A stretch of DNA of 64,000 nucleotides from Candidatus Aminicenantes bacterium (GCA_026987025.1 JALSNJ010000029.1:15695-79694); one strand, 5' to 3'; counted from the first letter of the stretch, positions 46,076-55,310 are shown. Translations and numbers: made by a program. Notes: generated by a model not told the origin, from the letters alone.

Positions 46076-48664
46076 TTGAAAGCAAAGGGGCTTCTGGCCA
46101 CATCCATCCTGGTTTTCCTCCTGGGGACGGTAAATTTTTACCAGGCGGTATTTTCCCCTCCCATCACCGACGGGATTCGCTGGACAAGGAACCTCATCTC
46201 TCTGGCCAGCTCTGTAAAAGAGATTTCCCCCGGGGACTGTCTCATAGAGGTGGGGGGAGAACAGGTAAATTCCCTCTACCAGGCTTACAGGAAGCTCTCC
46301 CTTTACAATCCAGGAGAAGGGATTGTTTACAGGATCAGGAAGCCTTCAGGAGAGGAAACCCTAAATTTCATAATCCTCCGGCGAAGGGCTGTAAGCCTGG
46401 GTTATGTGGTAGGTTCCATAGTTGGAACCATAACCCTTTTTATAGCCCTCTTTCTTTTTTATAGGATCAACTTAGAGGAGGTCAGGGATAGCTTCCTGAT
46501 TTTGGGCACGCTCCTGTACGCAGTTTACCTCTTTTCGCCCCTGGGTACCGGAACCTTTATAGATTACATATTTTATTTTCTTAGAAGCGCTTCCCTCTGG
46601 TTCTTCCCCGTTTACTTCCTTTACTTTTTCTCCCTTTTTCCCCACAGGGTTGAGGTGAAGGGAAAGAAATTCCTCTTTTTTCTCCCCCTGTTTTTTTTCC
46701 TGGGGGAAGCCTTTTATTTTGCCGCACTTCCTCTTATCCCCCCTTTAAAAGTTGTATTGCTTCAAGGTTTGCTGAGGAACCTTCATGCATGGTTTACCCT
46801 GATTTTTGTGATTTTAACCGTGGGACTTCTTTCTTACCTGCTTCTTAAAATACCTTCCCACGAGGAAAGGGCTCAAATTAAATGGGTGCTTTCTGGACTG
46901 GCCGCCGCTTTTTTGCCCTTTGCCCTTCTTTACGGTCTGCCTTTTTTTGTGGGAAGGCCCATAAGTCAGCTGGGGGAACTTTCCCTGAGCTTCCATATTT
47001 TCCTTCCCCTGGCCTTCCTTTCAAGCCTGACCAAGTATCGCCTCCCGGATGTGGATGTGATCCTTAAGAGGGCCCTGGCCTTTACCATTTCCTTCCTCTT
47101 TATCCTTGCCATCTTTCTTAGCTTCGCCGTGGGGTTCTTCCCCAAGGAAAAGCGGGGGATTGCCATATTTGCAATTTCTGGCGCTGTATTCCTGGCCGTT
47201 CTCATTTTCCCCTTTCTTTACGAAAGGGTTAACAGGCTTCTTGACAGGCTATTTTACAGCGAAAGCCTGAGATACAGAACCCAGTTGGTGGAAGTGGCCC
47301 AGGACCTGGCGGCGGCCAAGGAATGGCAGAGCCTTGAGGAAAAGCTACCGGAGATAATTTCCAAGGCCCTTTCCACAGCCAGGGTCGCCCTTTACGGTTT
47401 TAATGGGAAGGAGTTTAAGCTCATAGGGAGGACCGGGGAGGCTGCCCTTCCCGGGAGCATGAAGATTCCGGCCCTTATGGCGGGCTATGTGAAGCTTTGG
47501 CGGTTTACGAAGGACGGTCAGGACCTGGGTTTTCTTCTCCTTGGCCCTAAAAGGGATGGGAGTTATTACAATGTGGAGGACCTGGAGCTTTTGAAGTTTA
47601 TCTCCCCCTATGTAACCTTGGCCTTAGAGAATTCCCTCCTATACATGAATTTGCAGAGGAGGGCCCGGGAGCTGGAGGAGCTCAAGGACTTCAACGAAAG
47701 TATAATAAATAGCCTTCCACTTTCCCTGATTGTTACAGATAGGAAGGGCGAGATTCTTTCAAAAAACAGGGAGGCGGAAAAGAATTTCTCCCCTGAACAG
47801 ATAGAGGAAATAATCCTTCAGGGCATGGAAATTACCGAAGGGGCGGTCACCGAAAGGTGGTTTAACGATTCTAAGGGGGAAAAAAGGCTTTTCACCCTTC
47901 TTAAAACGCCCTTAAAAAGGGCTGAGGGATTTGTTTTCCTTCTGGAGGATATAACGGAAAACTTCATGCTTCAACAGAGGCTCATAACCTCGGAGAAGCT
48001 GGCTTCCCTTGGGACCCTGGTGGCAGGGATTGCCCATGAAATTAACACCCCCATAACCGGGATAATGAACTATATGGAAATTCTGGGGGAGGACCTTCCA
48101 GAAGACAAGCTGGAACTGCTGGAGAGAATACAGGCCCAGATCAAAAGGATAGTAAAGACGGTGAGGAGCCTGTTGAATTTCGCCCGTCGCTCCTCAGAAG
48201 GATTCGTTCAGGTGGAACTTCGGGAGGTTATAAACGATGTAAAGGAGGTTCTAAGGTCGCAGATAAGAAAAAAGGGTGTTTCAGTGGAAATAAGGGGCAG
48301 TGCTGTGGCGGATATAAATCCCGATAGAATGCAGCAGGTCTTCTTTAACCTTTTTTCCAACGCTCTGGCCGCCCTGGAGCGAGGGGGCAGGATTGAAATA
48401 AACCTCCAACAGGAGAAGGATAGGGTGCGGATAGAATTTTCTGATACTGGAAGCGGCATAGCCCCCCAGAATGTTTCCAAGATTTTCGACCCCTTCTTTA
48501 CCACCAGGCCCGGAGGAACGGGTTTGGGACTTTCCATAACCTTTGCCATAATTAAAGAGCACGGTGGGGAAATAGAGGTGGAAAGCGAAGTGGGTAGGGG
48601 AACCACCTTTATAATAACTCTCCCTAGAAGGAGGGAAAATGAACAGGGCATTGGTTATAGATGA
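46076..48664 (+). CDS. Membrane sensor histidine kinase (PDZ-like + multi-TM + GAF-like + PAS-like + HisKA/HATPase)
   Basis: ISPGDCLIEVGG PDZ-like segment, about 9-10 TM, EKLASLG..VAGIAHEINTP, QVFFNL..NA, DTGSGI, FDPFFTT, GTGLGL. Start taken as TTG 46076 because the 46031 start lies inside the tRNA. Confidence 0.88.
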   Translation: MKAKGLLATSILVFLLGTVNFYQAVFSPPITDGIRWTRNLISLASSVKEISPGDCLIEVGGEQVNSLYQAYRKLSLYNPGEGIVYRIRKPSGEETLNFIILRRRAVSLGYVVGSIVGTITLFIALFLFYRINLEEVRDSFLILGTLLYAVYLFSPLGTGTFIDYIFYFLRSASLWFFPVYFLYFFSLFPHRVEVKGKKFLFFLPLFFFLGEAFYFAALPLIPPLKVVLLQGLLRNLHAWFTLIFVILTVGLLSYLLLKIPSHEERAQIKWVLSGLAAAFLPFALLYGLPFFVGRPISQLGELSLSFHIFLPLAFLSSLTKYRLPDVDVILKRALAFTISFLFILAIFLSFAVGFFPKEKRGIAIFAISGAVFLAVLIFPFLYERVNRLLDRLFYSESLRYRTQLVEVAQDLAAAKEWQSLEEKLPEIISKALSTARVALYGFNGKEFKLIGRTGEAALPGSMKIPALMAGYVKLWRFTKDGQDLGFLLLGPKRDGSYYNVEDLELLKFISPYVTLALENSLLYMNLQRRARELEELKDFNESIINSLPLSLIVTDRKGEILSKNREAEKNFSPEQIEEIILQGMEITEGAVTERWFNDSKGEKRLFTLLKTPLKRAEGFVFLLEDITENFMLQQRLITSEKLASLGTLVAGIAHEINTPITGIMNYMEILGEDLPEDKLELLERIQAQIKRIVKTVRSLLNFARRSSEGFVQVELREVINDVKEVLRSQIRKKGVSVEIRGSAVADINPDRMQQVFFNLFSNALAALERGGRIEINLQQEKDRVRIEFSDTGSGIAPQNVSKIFDPFFTTRPGGTGLGLSITFAIIKEHGGEIEVESEVGRGTTFIITLPRRRENEQGIGYR

Positions 48665-49991
48665 CGAGGAAGTTATTCAGGATGTTATAAAAAGGGCTCT
48701 TCAAAGACACGGAATTTCTATAAGGGAGGCCACCAGCCTTCAGGAGGCCAGGGAGAGGTTAACTCAGGATTACGACCTGGTTTTCCTGGACCTGAGGCTA
48801 CCGGATGGCAACGGGCTGGATGTGCTTCCCCTTATAAGGGAACGGCTCCCCTATACGCCGGTTATAGTGCTTACGGCCTACGGAACCGTGGAGGCAGCGG
48901 TTAGGGCGCTGAAACTGGGTGCCTTTGATTTCTTAGAAAAACCCTTCACCCTCAAAGATTTTGAGAACAGGGTGAAGGAAGCCATTAAATTCAGGGAGGT
49001 TTACAGGGAAAACATAGAGCTCAAAAAGCAACTGGATGAGGCCAAGGGCTTCGGTCACATCATAGGCAAAACCCAGAGGATGATTGAGGTATATGAGGCC
49101 ATAGGAAGGGTGGCTAACGCGGATGTTACGGTCCTCATAGAGGGAGAAAGCGGCACCGGTAAGGAAATGGTGGCCCGGGAGATCCACAAAAGGTCCGGAA
49201 GGAGCGGGAAATTCGTGGTTTTTCACTGCGGAAACATATCCCCGGATCTGGTGGAATCCCACCTCTTCGGCCACAGGAAAGGTGCCTTCACCGGGGCCAC
49301 CCAGGATAAACGGGGCTTCATTGAGGAGGCCGAGGGCGGAACCCTTCTCCTGGACGACATCACCACCCTGCCCTGGGAAACCCAGGCAAAACTATTGAGG
49401 TTCCTGGAGACCAGGGAATTTGTCAAACTTGGGGAGACCAGGTCCAGGAGGTCCTCGGCCAGAATACTGGTGGCTTCCAACGAGCCTTTGAAAAAAGCGG
49501 TGGAAGAGGGCAAATTCAGGGAGGACCTTTTCTACAGGATTAATGTGGTGAGTATAGAGCTTCCCCCGCTTAGGGAGAGAAAGGAAGATATTCCCCTGTT
49601 CGTTTTTCACTTTTTAAAGGAATTTTCCGAAAAGCACAACAAGAGGATAAAGGGAATAAAAGAGGATGCCATGAAGCACCTCATGAATTATTCCTGGCCA
49701 GGTAATGTCCGGGAGCTGAAAAACGCCCTGGAGAGCGCTGTTATATTAGCCAAGGACGAGTGGATAGGCGTGGAGAACCTTCCCGATTGGATAGCCAGGA
49801 ATAAGCCCATATCCCCGAGCAGGATAGAGCTGGGGAAAAAGAGCTACAGGGAACTGCTGGAGGAATTTGAAAGAACCCTTATCCTCAAAGCCCTTCAGGA
49901 AGCTGGAGGGGTTCAGAAAAAGGCGGCGGAGCTTCTGGGAATGAATCCTTCCACCCTCAACATGGCCATGAAAAGGCTGGGCCTTAAATAA
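48639..49991 (+). CDS. Sigma54-dependent response regulator (NtrC/AtoC family)
   Basis: Receiver domain (DD, D.RLPD, KP), GESGTGKE, GAFTGA, WPGNVREL, Fis HTH. Confidence 0.94.
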   Translation: MNRALVIDDEEVIQDVIKRALQRHGISIREATSLQEARERLTQDYDLVFLDLRLPDGNGLDVLPLIRERLPYTPVIVLTAYGTVEAAVRALKLGAFDFLEKPFTLKDFENRVKEAIKFREVYRENIELKKQLDEAKGFGHIIGKTQRMIEVYEAIGRVANADVTVLIEGESGTGKEMVAREIHKRSGRSGKFVVFHCGNISPDLVESHLFGHRKGAFTGATQDKRGFIEEAEGGTLLLDDITTLPWETQAKLLRFLETREFVKLGETRSRRSSARILVASNEPLKKAVEEGKFREDLFYRINVVSIELPPLRERKEDIPLFVFHFLKEFSEKHNKRIKGIKEDAMKHLMNYSWPGNVRELKNALESAVILAKDEWIGVENLPDWIARNKPISPSRIELGKKSYRELLEEFERTLILKALQEAGGVQKKAAELLGMNPSTLNMAMKRLGLK

Positions 49992-50334
49992 CCTCTATTT
50001 CCCTTTCCGCCTCCCAGAGCCCGTGAAGGTTGCAGGAGGCCAGGACATGCAATTTGGAGGGCCTATCTATGGAGAGGAAAAATTCAAACCTCGGCTCTAC
50101 CAGAGGAGGGAAAGGCTCAAATTTCAATATAAGCAGGGGAGGCCTGTTCTCCTGTTCCAGAAAGACCAGGACCGATGAGATGTAGTGATTGAAGGCGAAG
50201 GGATGGGGTTTTTCCCCGATCCTTATCCCGACCCTGAAGCTTTTTTGAGCCTCCACCCTGGAGGGGGCTTCTATAACCGGCAGGTGCCTCTCCCTTTCCT
50301 CCTCATCCCTGTTTAAGATGTCCTTTAGGCTCAT
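49984..50334 (-). CDS. Neelaredoxin-type (1Fe) superoxide reductase family protein
   Basis: ERHLP, PHP...HYI, SCNLHGLW. Confidence 0.85.
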   Translation of the reverse strand: MSLKDILNRDEEERERHLPVIEAPSRVEAQKSFRVGIRIGEKPHPFAFNHYISSVLVFLEQENRPPLLILKFEPFPPLVEPRFEFFLSIDRPSKLHVLASCNLHGLWEAEREIEVI

Positions 50335-51665
50335 GTCTTGACCTCCACAAACCTGGATACAGCCCTGGCCTTCCAGTTTCTTTTTATAAAAAAGATTAAG
50401 GAAAGTAAAGAAGATAAAAAGGCCGAGGTTACCATGGCGTACCAGATCCCCCTCAGGGAAAAGAAATGCGAAAGGGCAGGTGCCAGAGCTATTAGCAGCG
50501 ATACTCTTCCCATGGATACATAAAGAGGGGGCAAGGTATCCCCGGAGGCCCTGAAGGCAGAGGAGATGGAAACATTTACCGCCACGAATACCTGGGCCAG
50601 AAGGAAGAACCGGAGAACCTCCGCTCCGCTGGTTGTAATTTCCTTAGAGAAAAAGCCCATAAGGGGAGGGGCTAAGGGGAAGATTAACAAGACCATAATC
50701 CCCATCAGAACCACATTGGTAAAGAGGATTTTCAGGACGGTTCTCTCGGCTTCCTTCTCCTCTCCCATGCCCAAGTACTGTCCGGCGACGATGGTGGAGG
50801 ATATGGCCAGGCTCATCAGGGGAATCTGAACGAAGTGCATTATCCTGCCCGCCACCCCCACCGCCGCCACCACCGCCTTTCCGTATCCCGCCACGATCCT
50901 GAGCAAAACTATCATGGTCAGGCTCATTAGGGTGAACTGAATCCCGGAAGGGAGTCCCACCTTAAGAATCTTTCCTGCCAAGGATAGGTCAGGGTGATGG
51001 GGTATAAAGGGGTTGGCCCCCAGAAGCCTGATTAGCTTTAGAAGTCCGTAGGAAAAGGCTAAGGCATAGGAAATGCCGGTGGCCACCGCCGCTCCTTTTA
51101 CTCCCATTTTCATGCCGAAAATCAATATGGGGTCCAGAATAATATTGGTTAAGTTGGAAATTATCAGGATAAACATGGGGGTGAAGGTATCACCGGTGGC
51201 CCTGAAAAGGGAGTTTATAGCGAAGTTAAGGGTGAAGAAGACTATAAAGGGGGCCAGGGCCAGAAGGTAGGCCCTACCCAGGTTTATAACCTCTCCCCTG
51301 GCGCCCATGAGCCTCATGGCCTGAGCGGGAAAGAGGAAAACCAGGATGGAAAGCAGAAGGCCTGAGTAGAGGGCCAGACTTATGGCCTGGGCTGAAAAAC
51401 TCAGTATTCCTTCCCAGTTCTTTTTTCCCTTCAGCTGGGAGACATAGGCGGTGGCTCCTACTGCAATGGTCTGGGACACGGTAAAGATTATAAAATTAAC
51501 CACCGAAGCCAGGGAGACCGCGGCAATGGCCGAGGTTCCCAGCCTGGAGATCCAGAAGATGTCCACTAAGGCGTAGAGGTTCTGGAGAGAAAAGGATACA
51601 AAGGTGGGAAGGGAAAGGACAAAAAGGTCTCTGAAGGAGTTGGAATAAAATCTTTTGCCTCTCAA
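50331..51665 (-). CDS. MATE-family efflux transporter
   Basis: 12 TM, QNLY.LVD.FW, RATGDT.TP, NIILDPILIFG, GAAVAT; TTG start. Confidence 0.92.
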   Translation of the reverse strand: MRGKRFYSNSFRDLFVLSLPTFVSFSLQNLYALVDIFWISRLGTSAIAAVSLASVVNFIIFTVSQTIAVGATAYVSQLKGKKNWEGILSFSAQAISLALYSGLLLSILVFLFPAQAMRLMGARGEVINLGRAYLLALAPFIVFFTLNFAINSLFRATGDTFTPMFILIISNLTNIILDPILIFGMKMGVKGAAVATGISYALAFSYGLLKLIRLLGANPFIPHHPDLSLAGKILKVGLPSGIQFTLMSLTMIVLLRIVAGYGKAVVAAVGVAGRIMHFVQIPLMSLAISSTIVAGQYLGMGEEKEAERTVLKILFTNVVLMGIMVLLIFPLAPPLMGFFSKEITTSGAEVLRFFLLAQVFVAVNVSISSAFRASGDTLPPLYVSMGRVSLLIALAPALSHFFSLRGIWYAMVTSAFLSSLLSLIFFIKRNWKARAVSRFVEVKT

Positions 51666-51697
51666 GAGGGAAATTATAGTATAATTTAGGCTAAATT

Positions 51698-52789
51698 ATG
51701 GAATTTATGGACCTTCACATCAGGGAAGAGGAGCTCAGGAGGGAGATAGAGGAGGTTTTCCGCCGAACCCTGGAAAGTGCCCGCTATGTGGGAGGTCCTT
51801 TCATTGAGGGTTTTGAGAGGGAATTCGCCCGGTGGGTAGGGGTTCGCAGGGCGGTCTCGGTGGGTTCCGGAACCCAGGCCCTGAAATATTGCCTCTGGGC
51901 TTTGGGAATTGGAAAAGGGGACGAGGTTATAACCACCCCCTTAACCTTCGTTGCCACCGCTGAGGTTATAGTTAGCCTGGGGGCTAAACCGGTCTTTGTG
52001 GATGTAAATCCCAGGACCTTTCAGATAGACGAGGAGAAAATTGAGGATGCCATAACCCCCCGCACCAGGGCAATTCTCCCCGTTCACCTGTTCGGGGCAC
52101 CGGCGGAGATGGATAGCATTGTGGAAATAGCCCGAAGCCACCGTCTATGGGTGGTGGAGGATGCCGCCCAGGCCCACGGAGCGCTCTATAAGGGGAAGAG
52201 GGTGGGAAGCATAGGATACTGTGGAGCCTTCAGCTTCTATCCTACCAAAAACCTTTCCGCCATGGGGGAGGCCGGGGCAATAACCACCGATTGGGATGAG
52301 CTGGCGGAGAAGGTGATATTGATAAAAAATCACGGTCAGGACCGTCCTTACCATTCCCTTTTCCCCGGGGAAAACGGAAGGATGGATGCCATCCAGGCCG
52401 GGGTCCTTCTTAAGAAACTCCCCTACATTGACCGCTGGAACAGGAGAAGGCAGGAAATTGCCAGGATATACCGCAGGGAGCTTTTGCCTTTGGTCCAGCT
52501 GCAGGAGGTGGGAGAGGGGTGCGAATCCGTCTATCACCTTTTCGTCGTCCTTCATCCTTCCAGGGATGCGCTTCAGCAGAAGCTTGCCTCCTTGGGGATT
52601 CCCACCAGGGTTTACTATCCGGTTCCTCTCCATTTGCAAAAAGCCTTCTCCTATCTTGGATACCGCAGGGGAGACCTTCCTGTGGCGGAGAGATTGAGCA
52701 GGGAGATTTTGGCCCTGCCCATAGGACCGTGGATGGAGGACGAGGAGGTTTACAGGGTGGTGGAGGGCCTTAAAAGGGCTTTAAATTAA
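51698..52789 (+). CDS. DegT/DnrJ/EryC1/StrS PLP aminotransferase (GnnB/WbpE-like)
   Basis: GDEVIT, PVHLFG, EDAAQAHGA, SFYPTKNL, RMDAIQA. Confidence 0.92.
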   Translation: MEFMDLHIREEELRREIEEVFRRTLESARYVGGPFIEGFEREFARWVGVRRAVSVGSGTQALKYCLWALGIGKGDEVITTPLTFVATAEVIVSLGAKPVFVDVNPRTFQIDEEKIEDAITPRTRAILPVHLFGAPAEMDSIVEIARSHRLWVVEDAAQAHGALYKGKRVGSIGYCGAFSFYPTKNLSAMGEAGAITTDWDELAEKVILIKNHGQDRPYHSLFPGENGRMDAIQAGVLLKKLPYIDRWNRRRQEIARIYRRELLPLVQLQEVGEGCESVYHLFVVLHPSRDALQQKLASLGIPTRVYYPVPLHLQKAFSYLGYRRGDLPVAERLSREILALPIGPWMEDEEVYRVVEGLKRALN

Positions 52790-52811
52790 AAATATAAAAA
52801 CGGAGGGGAAG

Positions 52812-54131
52812 ATGGATTCCAAGGAAATCGGGGAACTGATTAAAAGGGAAGGGATTAAGTTTATTCAGCTATGGTTCACGGACCTGGAGGGGAATTTAAA
52901 AAGCGTATCCATGCCTTCGGAAAGATGGGAGGATGTCCTGCAGTGGGGAGCTTCCTTTGACGGAAGCTCCATTCGGGGTTTTTCCAGAATAGAGGAAAGC
53001 GATATGTTCCTGAGGCCGGACCTTTCCACCTTTTCGGTTCTTCCCATTGAATATCCCCAGGGGAAAGTAGCCAGGGTTTTTTGCGATGTGATAAAGCCCG
53101 ACGGCGACTGTTATGAAGACTCCCCCAGGAGAATACTTAAAAGAACACTTAAAGAGGCGGAAAAGGAGGGGTTCAGCTTCTATGTGGGACCTGAGCTGGA
53201 GTTTTTCTATTTCAAAAACAAACAATCTCCCCAGTACATAGATTTCAACGGATATTTTGACTATGTGCCCCCGGATACCGGGGAGGCCATGCTGAGGGAG
53301 ACGGTGGAAAGGCTGAAGTCCATGGGGATAGAGGTGGAGTACCTCCACCACGAAGTCTCCCCCTCCCAGTACGAGCTGGACCTTAAATACAGCGATGCCC
53401 TTTCCATGGCGGACATACTCATAACCGCCAAGTTTATGGTAAAGTATGTGGCGGAGAAAAACGGCTACTATGCAACCTTCATGCCCAAGCCCGTCCAGGG
53501 AATAAATGGAAGCGGGCTTCACCTTCATCAGTCCCTCTTTAAGGAGGGAAAAAACGCCTTTTTTGACCCCCGGGATCCCTTTCTTATGTCCTCTGTGGCC
53601 AGGGGTTATGTGGCGGGTCTTCTTAAGCACGCCAGGGAACTTACCCTGATTACCAATCAGTGGATAAACTCCTACAAAAGGCTGGTTCCAGGATATGAGG
53701 CCCCGGTTTATATAACCTGGGGAAGGTTTAACCGTTCCCCGCTTATAAGAGTTCCGGCCATCCCCGAAAATAAGGCCTCCTCCATGAGGATTGAATATCG
53801 CTCCCCGGACCCGGCCTGCAACCCTTATTTAGTTTTCGCAGTGCTGCTGAAGGCCGGGCTTAAGGGAATAAAGGAGGATTACCCCCTTCCCCCTGCCAGC
53901 GAGGAAAATGTCTACAGAATGGGAGAAAAGAGAAGGGCGGAGCTTAAAATTGAGACCCTTCCCGGAAGCCTTATAGAGGCGATAATAGAGGCGGAGAGAG
54001 GAAACCTGGTCAAGGAAACCCTGGGGGAATCTGCCTTTGAAAAGCTTATAACCTCCAAGAGGGCCCAATGGGATGAGTATCGCCAGATAATAACCTCCTA
54101 CGAGATGGAAAAATACTTCCCGGTGCTCTAA
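52812..54131 (+). CDS. glnA: Glutamine synthetase type I (GSI-alpha-like, paralog 2)
   Basis: FDGSSIRGF.RIEESDM, GPELEFF, HHEV, TFMPKP, NGSGLH, SYKRLVPGYEAP, EYRSPDP. Confidence 0.92.
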   Translation: MDSKEIGELIKREGIKFIQLWFTDLEGNLKSVSMPSERWEDVLQWGASFDGSSIRGFSRIEESDMFLRPDLSTFSVLPIEYPQGKVARVFCDVIKPDGDCYEDSPRRILKRTLKEAEKEGFSFYVGPELEFFYFKNKQSPQYIDFNGYFDYVPPDTGEAMLRETVERLKSMGIEVEYLHHEVSPSQYELDLKYSDALSMADILITAKFMVKYVAEKNGYYATFMPKPVQGINGSGLHLHQSLFKEGKNAFFDPRDPFLMSSVARGYVAGLLKHARELTLITNQWINSYKRLVPGYEAPVYITWGRFNRSPLIRVPAIPENKASSMRIEYRSPDPACNPYLVFAVLLKAGLKGIKEDYPLPPASEENVYRMGEKRRAELKIETLPGSLIEAIIEAERGNLVKETLGESAFEKLITSKRAQWDEYRQIITSYEMEKYFPVL

Positions 54132-54140
54132 GGAGGAACC

Positions 54141-55310
54141 ATGAAAAGACTGGTTTACGCTTTAGTGGGCCTTTTCCTTTTGGGGGCCTTAAAAGGGGAG
54201 AGCCTTCAGGAAAAGGCAGAGAGGATAGTGAGGGAGGCCATAATTATAGATGCCCACGAGGATGTTCCTACCACCCTTCTTAAGGAGGATGTGTCTGTCA
54301 GGAGGGGGAAGGGACATTTTGACCTTCCCAGGGCGTTTTTAGGGGGACTTACTGCCCCCTGCTTTGCGATATATACTCCCCATTCCTATGACAATAACCA
54401 TCCGGCGGAATTCGCCCTGAGGGAAGTGGCGGGGGTCTATCGGTTCGCATACCAGAACAGCGATAGGGTCCTTATAGCCTTTTCCTGGAAGGACATTTTA
54501 AGGGCAAAAGGGGAAGGTAAACTGGCAATAGTCGTAACCATGGAAAACTCGTCCCCGGTGGAGGACCCCTCCCAGCTTCTCGTCTGGAGGCGTCTGGGCC
54601 TTCGGATGGCCATTTTGACCCACATGAGAACCAACAGGTATGCCGACTCCTCCACCGACAAGGAGAAGTGGGGGGGTCTGAGCCCTCAGGGAAGGGAAAT
54701 GATAAAGGTCATGAACCGGCTTGGCACACTGGTAGATGTATCTCACCTTTCGGATAAGGCGGCAGAACAGGCCATTGAGCTTACAGAACTTCCTCCTGTT
54801 GCCTCCCACTCCTGCGCCAGAGCCCTCAACCCGGTGGAGAGGAATCTCCCCGATTACCTCATAAAAGCCATAGCCTCCAAGGGGGGAGTAATCGGGGTCA
54901 ACTTTTTCCCTGTTTTCCTCTCACCTGAAGTTTCCAGTAGATGGAAGGAGGTTTACGGGGAATTTAAGAGGAAACTGAAGGAAGAGGGAAGGGAGAAGGC
55001 AGTGGAATTTCTTCACCGGCAAATGGATAAATTGCCCAAGACGGATGTGAAGGATGTAGTAAAGCATATCAAGTACATAGCCGACCTGGTGGGAATAGAA
55101 CATGTGGGTCTTGGAACGGATTTTGAGGGAATATCCGTGGCCCCGGTAGGATTGGAGGATGTGAGTCAGTTTAAGAACCTGGTCTATGAAATGTTGAAGG
55201 AGGGATTCAGCGAAGGGGAGGTAAAAATGGTCCTGGGGGAAAACTTTCTGAGGGTTTTCCGCAGGGCCGACGAAGTTTATTGGAAAAACTTCCCCTGGAT
55301 GGCAAAATAA
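54141..55310 (+). CDS. Secreted M19-family dipeptidase
   Basis: Signal peptide, IDAHED, VDVSH, ASHS, RNL.D, GLGTDF. Confidence 0.9.
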   Translation: MKRLVYALVGLFLLGALKGESLQEKAERIVREAIIIDAHEDVPTTLLKEDVSVRRGKGHFDLPRAFLGGLTAPCFAIYTPHSYDNNHPAEFALREVAGVYRFAYQNSDRVLIAFSWKDILRAKGEGKLAIVVTMENSSPVEDPSQLLVWRRLGLRMAILTHMRTNRYADSSTDKEKWGGLSPQGREMIKVMNRLGTLVDVSHLSDKAAEQAIELTELPPVASHSCARALNPVERNLPDYLIKAIASKGGVIGVNFFPVFLSPEVSSRWKEVYGEFKRKLKEEGREKAVEFLHRQMDKLPKTDVKDVVKHIKYIADLVGIEHVGLGTDFEGISVAPVGLEDVSQFKNLVYEMLKEGFSEGEVKMVLGENFLRVFRRADEVYWKNFPWMAK

